Source of the DNA: Vicinamibacterales bacterium
GTDB lineage: Bacteria; Acidobacteriota; Vicinamibacteria; Vicinamibacterales; UBA8438
Reading direction: 5' to 3'
Length of the DNA stretch: 64,000 nt
Assembly: GCA_965222905.1 (NCBI GenBank)
Contig: OZ244976.1
Span: 6,794,012-6,858,011, forward strand
The notes beneath the pieces are model-generated. The model did not search any database, was not told the origin of the DNA, and was given only the letters and a program-made list of their open reading frames with translations. Positions 20,006 to 30,473 of the stretch are shown here, piece after piece. Within the stretch, counting starts at the first letter, position 1. Each line of letters opens with the position of its first letter. The position numbers and the translations under genes were made by a program.

Positions 20006-20526
20006 AAGTTATTGCACATAAGACACTTACAGCCGCACATGGGGCGTCGACCCGCATTCCACCCCCCCATTAATTCGCGCGGTTTCAGCGGATGCCCAGA
20101 GCCGTGCGCGGACGCAACTGGACATCTGAGCTCCGGCGCGATCAACCGCCGGAGACGGACGTGCTGCCACGGCCTGGGCCAGCCGGGTGTCAGCGGCAGA
20201 GGTGCCGTGCCTTGAGGTCGGCACTTGTACGACACTCGCGGTCGCGCGTACGCCCGATAGTGATCGCAGCACGCATCACGGCACGCCCGCTTCTGGCCTC
20301 CCGGTCCGTGATGAAGTCCGCGCAACAGGCCGCGGTGAAGAACCACCGCCTGCCGAGGTCCACCTCTGGCAGCCGACCACGCCGCGGTCAGGAGCCCGGT
20401 TCCTTCCGCGAACAGCTCTGGACATGGGCTGAAGCTCCGCGACTAATGGCGGATGGAATCCCGGGTTGACGCTCCCTCACGAACCGATAACTCTTGTGAT
20501 TCCAAACCCTTATAGCAGGAGCGCTG

Positions 20527-21417
20527 GTGGACCAGATGTTCGCCGAGGCGACCGCAGTCGTAGTCGAGCAGAAGCGCTCCGGCTGGCGCAATCCGAAACA
20601 CGCGCAGGACTGGCCGGCGAGCCTGAAGCGGTTCGTGTTCCCTCGGTTCGGGCAGCGCTCCGTCTCGGAGGTCACGAGCGCCGACGTCCTCGGGGTCCTG
20701 GCCCCGATCTGGCACGAGAAGCCGGAGACGGCGCGACGGGTCCGCCACCGCATCGGCGCCGTGATGCAGTGGGCCGCGGCCATGGAGTACCGGCCCGACA
20801 ACCCGTGCGAACGGGTCGTCGCAACGCTCGGGCGCCAGCGACGCGTGGTCCGACACATGCGTGCCCTGCCTCATGCGGAAGTCGCCGCGGCCGTGGCGAC
20901 GGTCCGGGCGTCAGGAGCCACCACCGCGGCCAAGCTGGCGTTCGAGTTCCTGGTGCTCACGGCGGCGCGGTCGGGCGAGGTACGGCTCGCACGCTGGGAC
21001 GAGGTCGACCTCAACGCCGAGATGTGGACCGTCCCGGCCGACCGCATGAAGGCGAACCGCGAGCACCGGGTGCCGCTGTCGCGCCGCGCCGCAGAGATCC
21101 TCCGGACCGCCCTCACGCGGCGGAACGGCAGCAAGCTCGTGTTCCCCAGTCCCCGTGGCAAGCCTCTCTCCGACATGACCCTGTCCAAGCTGCTCAAGAA
21201 GCAGGGCGTGCCGGCCGTTCCGCACGGCTTCCGATCCAGTTTCCGCGACTGGGCGGCCGAAGAGACCAACCATCCGCGGGAGGTCGTCGAGGCGGCCCTC
21301 GCCCATCGGGTCAAGGACCAGGTCGAAGCCGCGTACGCGCGGTCCACGCTCTTCGAGCGCCGCCGCCGGCTGATGGCTGACTGGGGGGCGTATCTCCATC
21401 GAACGCCAGTGGCCTAG
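20527..21417 (+). CDS. Tyrosine recombinase/integrase (P4-like), N-terminal arm-binding domain absent
   Basis: Catalytic set TAARSGE (R), HGFR (HxxR), ALAH (H), AAY (Y). Confidence 0.9.
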   Translation: MDQMFAEATAVVVEQKRSGWRNPKHAQDWPASLKRFVFPRFGQRSVSEVTSADVLGVLAPIWHEKPETARRVRHRIGAVMQWAAAMEYRPDNPCERVVATLGRQRRVVRHMRALPHAEVAAAVATVRASGATTAAKLAFEFLVLTAARSGEVRLARWDEVDLNAEMWTVPADRMKANREHRVPLSRRAAEILRTALTRRNGSKLVFPSPRGKPLSDMTLSKLLKKQGVPAVPHGFRSSFRDWAAEETNHPREVVEAALAHRVKDQVEAAYARSTLFERRRRLMADWGAYLHRTPVA

Positions 21418-21419
21418 CT

Positions 21420-23870
21420 CTGCCCGTGCCCCGGATGTCCGGGGCTGGACTGTAGTGAGCAGGAGGTCATCCGAACTCGTCCCGCAGTTCGAAGCCAAAG
21501 GTCATGGCAACCAGTTGAGTGTAGCCGTGCCACATCAACTGTGCGCCGGGCGGGTCGCGTTGGCGTCCGAGCCACCCGCCGAGGCGCCCGACCAGGCCGA
21601 CAGCGTCGCCGAGGCGCGTCGGCGGCGGCAGCTTGCGTGAGCGGGCGAAGGTGGCGAGCACGCGCAACTCGCCATCGGAGAACAGCAGGTCGCCCGGCAG
21701 GTCGGGCACTTCGCGCCCGAGTTGGACCATCAACTGGATGCGCCACGCGATGACCATCTTGATGGCCATGGCGCGTTCGAGCCGCTCGGCCGTGTGGTGC
21801 TGCAACTCCTCGACCTTGCAGCCGGACTTGAGCACCCGGAAGTATTCTTCGATGCGCCAGCGCCGGACGTACCATTGCAGGATGCGCATGGCGTCGTCGG
21901 CGCTGCTCACGGGCAACGTGGTCAGCAGGAACCACTCCAGCGGCTCGACCGCGGGCGGTGGTTGTTCCTCGCGCACGTGGACGACCCACAGTGCGACCGG
22001 CTCGTCGCCGGGGCAGGGCAGCGGCACCTGCTGGTAGCGCAGCGTCACGTCGGCGACCCGCTCCGCCCGGCGGTCCTTGCGGGCCTGTTTGCTGGCCTTC
22101 ACGCGCGCGCTCAGCCGCTGCACCTCGACCTTGGCGGCGCCTCGGGCCGGCGCGTTGCGCACCGTATCGAACAGACGGCGTGAGACCGTCTGCCCGTCGG
22201 GCGTCTTTTCCCTGCCGAGGACGCGGTCGGCCTTGGCGCGGACCAGCAGGTCGACCTGCTGGGCAGCCGCGCGGTGCTCGACGAACAGGTCGAGGAAATC
22301 GGCCTCGCGGTCCATCACGCACACCACGCGGGTCTCGGACAATTGTTCGGCTGCCTGCGCGCAGTCGCGCAGCCCCTCGATCCAACGGAACGACTTGCGC
22401 TCCTCGCGCGGCTTCGGGGGCGGCTCGCCTTCCGCCTCGGGATTCGGGGGCGCAGGCGCGTCGAAGGCGGCCCGCAGCACGCCCAACGCCAGCCCGTCGG
22501 GATTGACGGCCAAGGTCGTGTGCAACTCCAGGCCGCGCGCCACCGCCCCGGTCTGGTTCGAGCCGATGGCCCCCAGCCCCTGCGTCTGCCCGCGCCGGGT
22601 GAAGTTCAACCGGGTGCCGTCCTGGATGCACAGCACCGTGTCGTGCGCCTGCATCCGGCGCAGCGTCTGCTCGCGATGCGGCGCGAGGATGTTGTCGACC
22701 GTCACCGCACTGTCGGCGGGCTGGTCGATCAGCCGGTAATGGCCCTTGACCATCGCGCGGGCGCCGTGGGCGGCGCCGGTGATGGCGCGCATCGGAGACT
22801 CTGCCATTTGCTGCGCGCTCTGCACCAGCCGCGCGCTCAGACGCGCGTCGCCCAAACGCGCCCCGCCGAACTCGTGCTCCGCCCAGACCGCGGCGTCGAG
22901 ACCGTCGCCAACCGCCAGCGGCGCCAAGACCGGTGCAGGCACTGCGAGGCGGGTGTGCCACGCCGGCTCCAACGCATACATATACACCGCCTTGCGCGTT
23001 TCCGGCGCCGCGTGCGTGCGATCCTGGCGACCGCGACCGCAGGTCTCACCCACCCGAACCCAGTTCGCCGCGCGCACGCTCGCCCCCGTCTGTTCGGTCT
23101 CGTCGACGAACGTCTCCAGCAGCCAGGGGCGATAGCCATACAGACCCTCGCAGTCGTCGCCGACCGTCCGGACGACCCGGCCCAGCACGTGCGAGGCCAG
23201 GTTGCGACACATAATGCCGGGGCGCACCAGCAGCCGGCACAGTCCCAACACCCGGTGCAGGTGCGCGCGCCGGCCCGCATCGTCCCACCCGACCCAGGCG
23301 TCGCGGGACCGCAGCCGCCGCGCACTCGCCGCAAACCCGACCCCGCCCAGCCAGCCATGCGCCGAACCCACCAGATACCGCAGTTGCGGGCCGACGAACG
23401 GACCAGCCCCGCGCGGGTGCTCGTACGCCATCAGCGTGTTCCAGACCTGCCGCTGCTCGTCGGTTTCCACCAGCTCCAGGGTCAGACCCACAACCTTGCC
23501 GACCGTGTCCGGCACGTCCACCGCCGGCGCCAGCGGGTGCGGGAGCACCCGCGCCCGGCCCCCACCACCGCGGGCACCTCGACCCGCAGGCAGCGAGACG
23601 TGGCCGGCCGCCTGCAGGTCGGACAACGCCCGGCAGCAGCTCGCGCGTTGCCACCGGCCCCGTCCGTCGCGGAAATCGAACGCTTCACAGACGCGATCAG
23701 CGACTTGGCCGAGGCTGCCGACACCCTGCGAAACCGCCCCGTCCAGCACGTCGCGCAGGCGGGCGAGGTTGTCCCGTAGAATACGTGAGACCTGATTCTG
23801 AATCTCCATGCCGGCCACCGTAGCGAAGTGGCGGCAGGAAGTCCAGCAAAAAATTATGGGCCACGGGCAG
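21420..23870 (-). mobile_element. IS4-family element, 2451 bp
   Basis: IR CTGCCCGTG(C/G)CCC; 8-bp target duplication GCCTAGCT (21412-19 and 23871-78). Confidence 0.9.
21467..23818 (-). CDS. DUF4338 (DruA-like) domain fused to an IS4/Tn5-type transposase
   Basis: N-terminal half: GPQLRYLV...GFAASARRLRSRDAWVGW...RNLASHVL...LLETFVD...AANWVRVGET.GRGRQD; C-terminal half: EFGGARLGDARL, CIQDGT, MDREAD, RWRIEEYFRVLKSGC. Confidence 0.9.
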   Translation of the reverse strand: MAGMEIQNQVSRILRDNLARLRDVLDGAVSQGVGSLGQVADRVCEAFDFRDGRGRWQRASCCRALSDLQAAGHVSLPAGRGARGGGGRARVLPHPLAPAVDVPDTVGKVVGLTLELVETDEQRQVWNTLMAYEHPRGAGPFVGPQLRYLVGSAHGWLGGVGFAASARRLRSRDAWVGWDDAGRRAHLHRVLGLCRLLVRPGIMCRNLASHVLGRVVRTVGDDCEGLYGYRPWLLETFVDETEQTGASVRAANWVRVGETCGRGRQDRTHAAPETRKAVYMYALEPAWHTRLAVPAPVLAPLAVGDGLDAAVWAEHEFGGARLGDARLSARLVQSAQQMAESPMRAITGAAHGARAMVKGHYRLIDQPADSAVTVDNILAPHREQTLRRMQAHDTVLCIQDGTRLNFTRRGQTQGLGAIGSNQTGAVARGLELHTTLAVNPDGLALGVLRAAFDAPAPPNPEAEGEPPPKPREERKSFRWIEGLRDCAQAAEQLSETRVVCVMDREADFLDLFVEHRAAAQQVDLLVRAKADRVLGREKTPDGQTVSRRLFDTVRNAPARGAAKVEVQRLSARVKASKQARKDRRAERVADVTLRYQQVPLPCPGDEPVALWVVHVREEQPPPAVEPLEWFLLTTLPVSSADDAMRILQWYVRRWRIEEYFRVLKSGCKVEELQHHTAERLERAMAIKMVIAWRIQLMVQLGREVPDLPGDLLFSDGELRVLATFARSRKLPPPTRLGDAVGLVGRLGGWLGRQRDPPGAQLMWHGYTQLVAMTFGFELRDEFG

Positions 23871-24309
23871 GCCTAGCTCGACACGGTCTCCCCGGCATGC
23901 CGCTGGTGTTCCCGCCAATGGAGACACAGGCCGCGCTCGTTCGGACCGCGCGGCTCCGCCGCAGTCGCGGAACGCCTCGCCTATCGCCTACGCGAGCCTC
24001 ACGACCGACAACGCCGGCAAGGCGGCGGGCCATCGCTGGGCGGAGGCCCAGACCTCCCCTCGGACCTCCCCCCCGTCTCCCGACCGCCGTAGACAAGACC
24101 ACCCGACTTCGCGTACCATCGTTCCGTGCCGAAGCACTAGGAGTCCGTCCGCGAATCGGCGATGAGGATTGTTTTCTCCATGCGCGGAGCGGCTACACAT
24201 CGGAGGGCCATCGCTTACTGAGAGCCGCCGTCGGTGTTTTCGGCGCGACGCACGGCGTCCCTTTCCGCCGGTCGCCGCAGGTGAGCGCCGAGCGTTAGGC
24301 CGAACAACG

Positions 24310-25362
24310 ATGCTGTCCTTCCCAGTGCTGCTTGAGCACGAACTTGCGTGTGGCGTCGATGGGCACGGCGCATCCGTACGCGCTTCGGTGCTAGACGCAG
24401 CCGCAACGGTGTTGGTCTGTCGCGGCGCAGACACTCTCATTGTACCGGCGCCAGATCCCAAAACGCTCGCTGAAGTATCGGCTGGAATTGAAACCATGCC
24501 CGCCCCCCGACGATCGATAGTGCGTATCGTCGATACGAACGGATCGGTGTTACAGCAGGTGCGGTCATTTTTGGACCCATTGGTAGCCCAAGCGATGAAA
24601 TGGCCTGAGAACGCATTCGTCAATTTCGCCGAGGGTTTCTTGTACCAAGTGGCCCTCGCACAGTCGCACAGAGCCGGGATCGTGTCCTCTAAGATCAACA
24701 TCATGCGTGAATTCGTGCCGAGAATTAGTACGGCCTCATTCCGCGGAGAAGCCCGGTACCGCCTTGCAGAACTAATCGGCGTGATCGCCACGTACGAACC
24801 TATCGAAATACCGCACGCACTTCTAGCGACGCCAGTTGATCGTGCACTCGCTTCCCGAATCGACGAGATCCTGGAAGTCGCCGAGTTCAAGCATGTCGTT
24901 GCGGCATCAGGTTGGGTCGGGGTCGCCAGAAAGCCTCGGCTAGCAGTGGCGCGATTGTGGCGCCACTTCCGCGCGCTGTTGTCGAAACCACAGGTCAGTA
25001 CAACGCTTGGCTTCGCGAGTGCCGTTGGTGACATCGGAGGTGCTTCAGTTGTCGGCACGGCAATCTCTAAGATGAACGATCTCGTAAGTCGAGGCGAGAA
25101 GCGAGAGTTCGCGCCGCCCTTCGTTCCACTCGGTTCTGCGCAACTCGGAATCTGTCGCATGGCCCTCTTGAGCCGACATCCAGATGCCGTGCCACCGCCT
25201 GGCTCCATCATGCTCTTCGAAGGCACACGTGGCGGTCGGACTGGCGCCTCGTGGCTGAGCGTTGGAGAGGAATCCAAACTATTCGATGAAGAGAAGACGG
25301 CGTTGGCTACCAGTTTGTCTGCAGTGCAGAAGGTTAGGGAAGTTAAGCACCGCTTTTTCTGA
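24310..25362 (+). CDS. Unknown protein, 350 aa, lower GC than its surroundings
   Basis: Long ORF with A/T-richer codon usage; no motif recognised. Confidence 0.65.
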   Translation: MLSFPVLLEHELACGVDGHGASVRASVLDAAATVLVCRGADTLIVPAPDPKTLAEVSAGIETMPAPRRSIVRIVDTNGSVLQQVRSFLDPLVAQAMKWPENAFVNFAEGFLYQVALAQSHRAGIVSSKINIMREFVPRISTASFRGEARYRLAELIGVIATYEPIEIPHALLATPVDRALASRIDEILEVAEFKHVVAASGWVGVARKPRLAVARLWRHFRALLSKPQVSTTLGFASAVGDIGGASVVGTAISKMNDLVSRGEKREFAPPFVPLGSAQLGICRMALLSRHPDAVPPPGSIMLFEGTRGGRTGASWLSVGEESKLFDEEKTALATSLSAVQKVREVKHRFF

Positions 25363-25437
25363 GTGCTCGATCTAACCGGGGCTGGAGCCGACGGCGCGCA
25401 AGCAATCACGGGTGCCGCGGCTCAGCCCTTGCCGTTA

Positions 25438-25526
25438 GAACACTGCGCGACACTAACTGGTTATCTCCTTGCGGCAGCGGCTCATTCTCGGCGCGATGGG
25501 GGCGCGGCAGCGATGCGCCCGGATCT
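25438..25526 (+). mobile_element. Second, partial copy of the ISAzo13-type MITE or IS left end
   Basis: About 12 mismatches in 89 nt against the reverse complement of 13110-13198; preceded by TTA. Confidence 0.8.
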
Positions 25527-25529
25527 GCC

Positions 25530-25760
25530 GGTCTCGCGTGGACGCCGACCGATCAATGTTTCGTGGGATGACGCGGTTGCGTATGCGGAGTGGTTGTCCG
25601 GTCAGACTGGCAAAGAATACCGACTGCCGACCGAGTCGGAGTGGGAATACGCGGCGAGAGCCGCGACGATGTCGGTCTATAGCTGGGGCCAATACAGTGG
25701 TGATTCTCGGGCTAATTGTGTAACCTGCGGCAGCAGCTGGGGTCCTGAGCGAACGGTGCC
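25530..25760 (+). pseudogene. Formylglycine-generating enzyme (SUMF1/EgtB/PvdO) domain fragment
   Basis: [39 protein letters not shown]...ANC..C. Confidence 0.85.
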
Positions 25761-25883
25761 ACCGGATCGTTCGCGCAGGGCTCGGAACGCGTTCCCGGGT
25801 AGTCGGGCCTCTCTGGCGGCTTCCTCGTCCGTCAGGTTCTGTCGCTCCAGTTTGGCCTCGATGAGGCGCTTCAGTCGGTCGGT

Positions 25884-26044
25884 CCTTGCCCGATCTGGTG
25901 CGTGAGACTCCGCGCGCTCGCCTCGCAGAGACCCGATTTAAGATGCTCATGAGGAAGGCGGGTAAAGAAGGCGTTGAAGGCATGCGGGGGCTTCTCCCGG
26001 ACATCGTCAGCGAGACCGTTCGCAAGACCCTATTCGGCGTCTGA
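25884..26044 (+). pseudogene. C-terminal remnant of a DUF2321 protein (copy of 32973-33461)
   Basis: [52 protein letters not shown]. Confidence 0.85.
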
Positions 26045-26062
26045 TCGTGCACTGGGAGACGA

Positions 26063-26548
26063 GTGATGATGAGGATGGAGATCGCCATCACGCAAGCCGC
26101 GGGCTTGCGCCGGGTGGCTGCCGATCTCGACCGTGTTTGGGTCGGCCACCTGAAGGGTGGTGATCGGACGACCCCCGACGAGTTTCTCGGGAGTATGCTC
26201 GCCGCCCCTGTCTTGCGCGCTCTGGCGGCAGAGCTGGCCTTGAAGGCCGTCGCCATCAAGACGACGGGGGCGCACAAGCGGGGGCACGACCTCCTCAAGC
26301 TGTTCGACGCGCTGGACCAGAAGACGCAAACGGCCATCGAGCAGCAGCGCGAGGGCGTGGTCGAGCGGGTTGTGCATGGGTCTGTGCGGTCCATCCTCGC
26401 CAAGCACAAAGGCGACTTCACCGCTTCGCGGTATGTCGGGGAGATGCCGCCCGGCTCGAAGCCGACGTTTGCGTACGGGGATGACTTAGACGTAGCCCTT
26501 CAAGACCTGATCGCCGTGTTCGAGGAACTGCCCAGCGGCGCGCGTTGA
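26063..26548 (+). CDS. HEPN-like domain protein (copy A)
   Basis: LRALAAELALKA...GHDLLKLFDAL...FTASRY pattern. Confidence 0.7.
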   Translation: MMMRMEIAITQAAGLRRVAADLDRVWVGHLKGGDRTTPDEFLGSMLAAPVLRALAAELALKAVAIKTTGAHKRGHDLLKLFDALDQKTQTAIEQQREGVVERVVHGSVRSILAKHKGDFTASRYVGEMPPGSKPTFAYGDDLDVALQDLIAVFEELPSGAR

Positions 26549-26562
26549 GCAAGATTCGCCGG

Positions 26563-26583
26563 ATTTCAAACTGAGACACTACC
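26563..26583 (+). mobile_element. IS1-family terminal sequence
   Basis: ATTTCAAACTGAGACACTACC; reverse complement starts GGTAGTG (GGnnnTG signature); near-copies at 32417 and 34115. Confidence 0.7.
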
Positions 26584-27300
26584 CCGCCTGGGGGTGCCGG
26601 GTTCATCCCCGTCGCGATTCCGCCCATTTTGTCCCGGCTCCAGAGCCTGTCGGCGCCGCCTTGGGTCTCGCTCCCCCATCCGGGTTCGACTTCCGCTATC
26701 CAGCCCAGCGGGCTCTCCGGGCGCGGGTTGTAGCTGATGGAGATCGAGGTTCCCTGCTCTTCGAACCCTTCGGCCTGGTGCATCAGCAGCCGCCGCATAC
26801 GCACATCGATCTGCAGGCCGCTGCGGTGCTCCGTCAGCAGCAAACCCGTGCCGACGTCGATTCCTGCGCCCTGTTCGGCGTCGCCGGCGTCCCTTCGGAT
26901 GCCGACCTCGACGCTCGGTCTCAGGTTTACCCACCGCCCCATGGTCCAGGTTCGGGATCCCTCGATGGCGCTGCGTATCCGGCTCACGTCGGCCCGGCTG
27001 GCGGCCAGGCGCCCCTCAGGGGTCTCGACGCCGTCGATGCTCGTCACGGCCTGCAGTACATCGGTCTTGAGCGTAAGGCCCACGATCGAGTCGTTCCCGG
27101 TGAGCTGTCCCTGGGCGCCTGCTGCGTGCATGCGCATCGTCATCGGGCTCGTCAGGGCCGCTCCGCGTTCCGGGGTCAGCCTGAGCCGCCCTCGTCCGTA
27201 GCCGCTCACGCCCCATACGGTCGTTCGCTCGTTGACCCGGTAGCCGATCCACGGGTAGATGCCGACGACCGAGGTGTGGGTCGCTCCGGTTCCGCGTCTC
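26584..27300 (-). pseudogene. Autotransporter beta-barrel domain fragment
   Basis: GIYPWIGY...VWGVSGYGRG...LRPSVEVGIRRDAGDAEQGAGIDVG...PLGWIAEVEPGWG; cut at the IS1 end. Confidence 0.8.
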
Positions 27301-27339
27301 TGGTAGGCCGACCTGCTCGGACTCAATGCCGCACCCGCG

Positions 27340-27830
27340 CCGCCGCGGACGATGAAAGGTGGCGAGCACGGCCGCGAGGTCCGAGATCCCGAACGGCCGC
27401 GCCTGCCCTCGATTCCGATCGCTGGCGGTCGGCCGATAACCGGCCAGCACCCGGGCCGTGCGCTCGCCGGCGGGAGCGGGCTGCCCGGCCAGCTTCGCGC
27501 GGAAGCACGCCGCGGCGACCGCCATCGCCGCGCTCGACGAGGCGCGCCCGGCATCGTGCAGCTCGGCGAGATAGGCCGCCAGGGTCACGTCGTGGAGCTC
27601 GCGCCCGTCGAGCCAGGCGTCGAGCCGCCGAAGCGCCCCGGCGTAGGCCCGTCGGGTGTTCGGGCTGACTCCGCCGAACCCATCTGGAAAACCCGCGCAG
27701 CGTGTCGAGGAGTGGCGGCGTGCCCGGTGTCGTGGAGCTCGGCGACGTAGGCGGCGAGGGTCGGATCATCGAGCGGGCGCCCGTCGAGCTACCCTACCCG
27801 TCGCGGCGGCATAGCGACGCTGGCGTACTG
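27340..27830 (-). pseudogene. Two tandem remnants of a tyrosine-recombinase N-terminal (SAM-like) domain
   Basis: SPNTRRAYAGALRRLDAWLDGRELHDVTLAAYLAELHDAG and LDGRPLDDPTLAAYVAELHDTG. Confidence 0.65.
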
Positions 27831-27849
27831 GCATGCGTCGCTGCCGGTC

Positions 27850-28000
27850 CGGAACTACTCGCCGACGGGCCCCGGCGTGGGGCTACGGCGGCTCGGGTCC
27901 GGCCCAGCTCGCGGTGACCGATGAGGCGACGGCCGAGCAGTGCTACCAGAGGTTCAAATGGAGCGTCATCTCGCCAATCGCGGCGGACCCGAGACGTCCT
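27850..28000 (+). pseudogene. DUF6166-like fragment
   Basis: YSPTG..WGYGGSGPAQLA...YQRFK. Confidence 0.55.
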
Positions 28001-28417
28001 TACGCCATGAAGACCGACGCCATCGTCGGGATCAAGGTCACCGAGACCTTCTCGAAGGCATCTGGCCGTCTCGGAAAACGGTTTTTACGTTGGTAGGAGA
28101 CGAACGGTTCGATGCGTCGATGAAGGACCAGCTCGCAGCACGGCCACGAGAATGGCACCAAGGCGATTGCTCGTACCGACGATGCTCCAACGTTGCCGCC
28201 GACGCCGACGTCACCTCCGGTGAGCGTCCGTACCAACAGGGACGTGATCGTCTCTGCGCGAGGCTCCGATGGCCGCGCAAGACGAACCGGGCGTCCGGCC
28301 GGTCCTTGCGCTTGCCGAGCGGCTTTGCCTCGTGGTGACCCGAAGAAGGACCGTGAGCCAATCGGCGAGCTTCATCCCATTCAGAGTGCGAACGGCAATG
28401 GCGATCCTGACGGTCTG

Positions 28418-29332
28418 TCATAGGAACCCGAGCAATTCCATGAAATCCATTTCGGAGAGAATTTGAATAGGAACACCCTCTGCAATCAGACGTTCGGCTT
28501 TGCGATGTTTCGCACTCTTGCCATGTCTGGCCAGCCTGCGGACATCGGGTTCGCCAGCCACCAACAACGTGGTTTTCCCACTAACGGTATCCGCAACCGA
28601 ACAGCCGGCCGCGGCGGCCAGATCCGCTGCCAGAGAATGAACAAAGCTCAAAGCCCCAGCGAACACAACCACTTCACCAGCTAAGGGGCCGCCGGAAACA
28701 CCGTCGCGCTTGACTGTCGTCGACGCCCCGGATGCACAATCAGCAACTGTAGTCAAGGGTCTCCCAACCACGGTAAGAGCATCGAATAGCCGACGGGTGC
28801 TGATGCCCAATGCCTCCATGGCCGCCAAGAGAACCTTGCCAGCCGCCCTGGCGTCCGCCAATGCATCGTGATGTTTTAAATCGTAGGAAAGAAACTCGCA
28901 CACTTCGTGGAGTCCGTAACCGGAACGTGCAAGCTCGGGCCACGCACGACGGGCCAAGACCGCCGAGTCCAGCCACGTACAGGTAGGCAGAACAACCTGC
29001 CAACGCGCAGAGGTCTGTGTCAGGGCCACCCGATCGAACGGTGTATGAGAAACAATCACACGCCCCGAAAGAAGACCGCAAATCCTGCTCGACATCCGAC
29101 CCCACGTGGGCGCGTCGCGAACTGCAGCTTCATCGATTCCGTGAATATCGACATGCTGGGCAGAAAAAACATCCTCCGGATTCACCAGTGTTGAATACTC
29201 CGACTTCACGATGCCGTTGTGGAAATCGACGATGCCAATGGAGCAAATTGACGAAGGGTTCGTATTCGCCGTCTCAACATCAACAGCGACGAAAGCGTTT
29301 GAAGAGATACGAGACATGTTTTTCAGCACCAT
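28418..29332 (-). CDS. DnaQ-like DEDDh 3'-5' exonuclease with a C-terminal BRCT domain
   Basis: VAVDVET, SHTPFD, LDS, HHDALADA; VVFAGAL...VSGKTTLLVAG...KHRKA..L...ILSE. Confidence 0.9.
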   Translation of the reverse strand: MVLKNMSRISSNAFVAVDVETANTNPSSICSIGIVDFHNGIVKSEYSTLVNPEDVFSAQHVDIHGIDEAAVRDAPTWGRMSSRICGLLSGRVIVSHTPFDRVALTQTSARWQVVLPTCTWLDSAVLARRAWPELARSGYGLHEVCEFLSYDLKHHDALADARAAGKVLLAAMEALGISTRRLFDALTVVGRPLTTVADCASGASTTVKRDGVSGGPLAGEVVVFAGALSFVHSLAADLAAAAGCSVADTVSGKTTLLVAGEPDVRRLARHGKSAKHRKAERLIAEGVPIQILSEMDFMELLGFL

Positions 29333-30026
29333 GAATTACACCCGGAGACTACAACCACCATTCATCCAGGGTCCCAAAGCCGCAACTGTGGAGCCGCGGC
29401 CGATACGGACGTAGTATACGTGATCTGAATTCAGCGTGTACACGTGCATGCACCACACACACTACACGGCGCAGATCTGCGGGCGCCCGCGTAGCGCGTC
29501 GCGCTTCTTGCCGGACCGGAGCGGCGTCGTGAGCGGTCAGATCCCGAGACTATCACGTCGTTGTTGGCCAGTGGAGGCTCCGGTCCGTCTGTCAAGCAAG
29601 ACATAGTGCAACTTCGAAGCCTGACGAAACCGATTGAGGACGGCGGCGTTCCGCGCTGGCGAAGGACCGGACCTCGGACTTGGCACTCGCGCGGCGCGCT
29701 CCTCGGTTACCCCGACTTGGTAGACAGGATCACGTCGAGTCCTTGCAGAACCACTGCGACGAAAGTGAACGTTCCGGCGGTCTGACCCGCCAGCGCACGG
29801 AGAAGTCGGAATGCGGAGGCGACACCGGGATCCCGGGTCCGGCTCGAGGCATAGTCGTCCGCGGTGAAGCCGCTTGGCACGAAGGAACTCCGAACCGATA
29901 CGAGAGCCCATTGCCTGTCGCGTTCGCTCAGCGATGGCCGACGGCAGCGACTCGTTCGTGGGTGGGGTGGCACCGTGGCGTGGAGTTCGGTGCGGACACC
30001 ACTCCTCCTCGCTGCTCCCGTTCTCG

Positions 30027-30400
30027 TCATGTGGCTGGGCGGTGTTGTTCGATCTGTCGGATCAACGCCCGCGCCCACGCGAGCGTTGGCGTCGCCGGCA
30101 ACCTGATGCCGCCCTTCGTAATGCTCGCGACGTGTCTTGTCGTGCCGTGACTGTTGTCGAGCACGTCGATGGACCTGAGCGACGCAGCCGTTCCGGAAGG
30201 GTTCTTCTGGGCCGCTGGACCACCGCCGCGTGATCTCCGGAAGCGGGACGTCATGTCCGGTGCCCGACGTGACGCGTCGACGCACGCGCTCGATGTTGAT
30301 CTCGGGTCCTGTCGTGCCAATGAACACCACCTTGACGTCGTACCCGTTCGAGGCTGCTGTGCGTACGATCCTGGGCCGCGAACGTCCCGAATAGGTACCC
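30027..30400 (-). pseudogene. Zeta-toxin/P-loop kinase family fragment, frameshifted
   Basis: FEGTYSG...GYDVKVVFIGT..PEINIERVRRRV..GHDVP..ITRRW / IDVLDNS; Walker A region missing. Confidence 0.7.
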
Positions 30401-30409
30401 TCGAAACCT

Positions 30410-30473
30410 GCGTCACTCCGGCCAAGGCCATGGCCTTCGCCACGCGGTTGGAACCCGGCTCCGAGCGAAGGAC
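30410..30473. repeat. Direct repeat of about 65 bp of the XRE-HTH gene start (other copy 31592-31658)
   Basis: GCCATGGCCTTCGCCACGCGGTTGGAACCCGG(C/T)TCCGAGCGAAGGAC occurs at both sites. Confidence 0.8.

Noticed and set aside
19996-20030. AT-rich TAAGT...ACTTA inverted motif as a possible att/res site near the integrase
   Set aside because: No second copy was found in the window, so it cannot be supported as an att site.
21467-23818. Complete Druantia system
   Set aside because: The DUF4338 domain lies inside an IS with IRs and a target duplication; no DruE-like helicase or other Dru genes are adjacent.
29410-29470. Cluster of short palindromes (GTGTACAC, CACGTG, GTGCATGCAC)
   Set aside because: Short and overlapping, with no consistent spacing; could be promoter DNA or chance.
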